Shown in pieces: positions 63,638-64,000 of a stretch of DNA of 64,000 nt; the first letter of the stretch is position 1, and every line of letters starts with the position of its first letter. A program made the translations under genes and the position numbers. Source of the DNA: Azolla caroliniana (taxonomy: Eukaryota; Plantae; Polypodiophyta); NCBI GenBank assembly GCA_043228905.1, contig JBHGNT010000017.1, positions 18,848,001 through 18,912,000 of the forward strand, in the 5' to 3' direction. The notes under the pieces were generated by a model. It searched no databases, had not been told where the DNA came from, and saw only the letters and a list, made by a program, of their open reading frames with translations.

Positions 63638-64000
63638 TGTAAAAAGCAGCGTGCGGAAGCAAGTATGAAGACCGAACGGAAGGAAGACAACTCAGGTTTA
63701 ATGGAGAGCTTGAGCTTACGCAGTATACGCGGGAGACAGAGAGAGAGTGAGAGAGAGAGAGAAAACACAAGAACTATATTCAACAAAAACTCAATCTCTA
63801 TTCACTACTCTATACATGTGTGTGTTCAATGAACACTTTTATACAAGTCCTAGAAGGACTGACAGAAGTACTGACAATACTTCAATGCTCATTAAGAGCT
63901 CCTACACTAACTCCCAAATATATTCCTCACAGAATATCTTTCCTAACGGCCTGACCGATCAGTTCCAACCGATCCGGTCCTCGGCTTCTTCAGCCGATCC
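63638..64000 (-). mobile_element. LTR of another retroelement inserted in gag of copia C (runs off the window)
   Basis: gag similarity (MVQICLGGLAPRF) stops abruptly at TGTAAAAAG; LTR-like composition with GA tract and minus-strand TATAAAA. Confidence 0.65.

Overview
Land-plant nuclear DNA; the TE repertoire and gene structures suggest a seed-free plant such as a fern (inference, species not determinable). Four host genes occupy the centre: a 13-exon organellar HflX/GTPBP6-type GTPase (+, 16214-27088), an intronless TTC27/EMW1-like TPR gene (+, 29417-32257), a 3-exon PsaK (-, 33507-34185) and a large SCAR/WAVE gene (-, 37232-46030). Retrotransposon nests flank them. The left nest is a decayed copia (A) interrupted by a gypsy (itself hit by another copia), a hAT-type MITE and a structurally complete 5.25-kb copia (B). 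The right side holds a LINE remnant, MITEs and a second A-family copia (C). The most unusual structures are: (i) a head-to-tail array of about six 352-bp units in copia C, each carrying the RNase H end, PPT and first ~55 nt of the LTR; (ii) a hierarchical 8-aa/36-aa repeat expansion inside SCAR; (iii) an intronless TTC27 with LTR-related sequence just upstream; (iv) two convergent LTR-PBS units in an HflX intron. All alignments were made by eye; no database searches were run.
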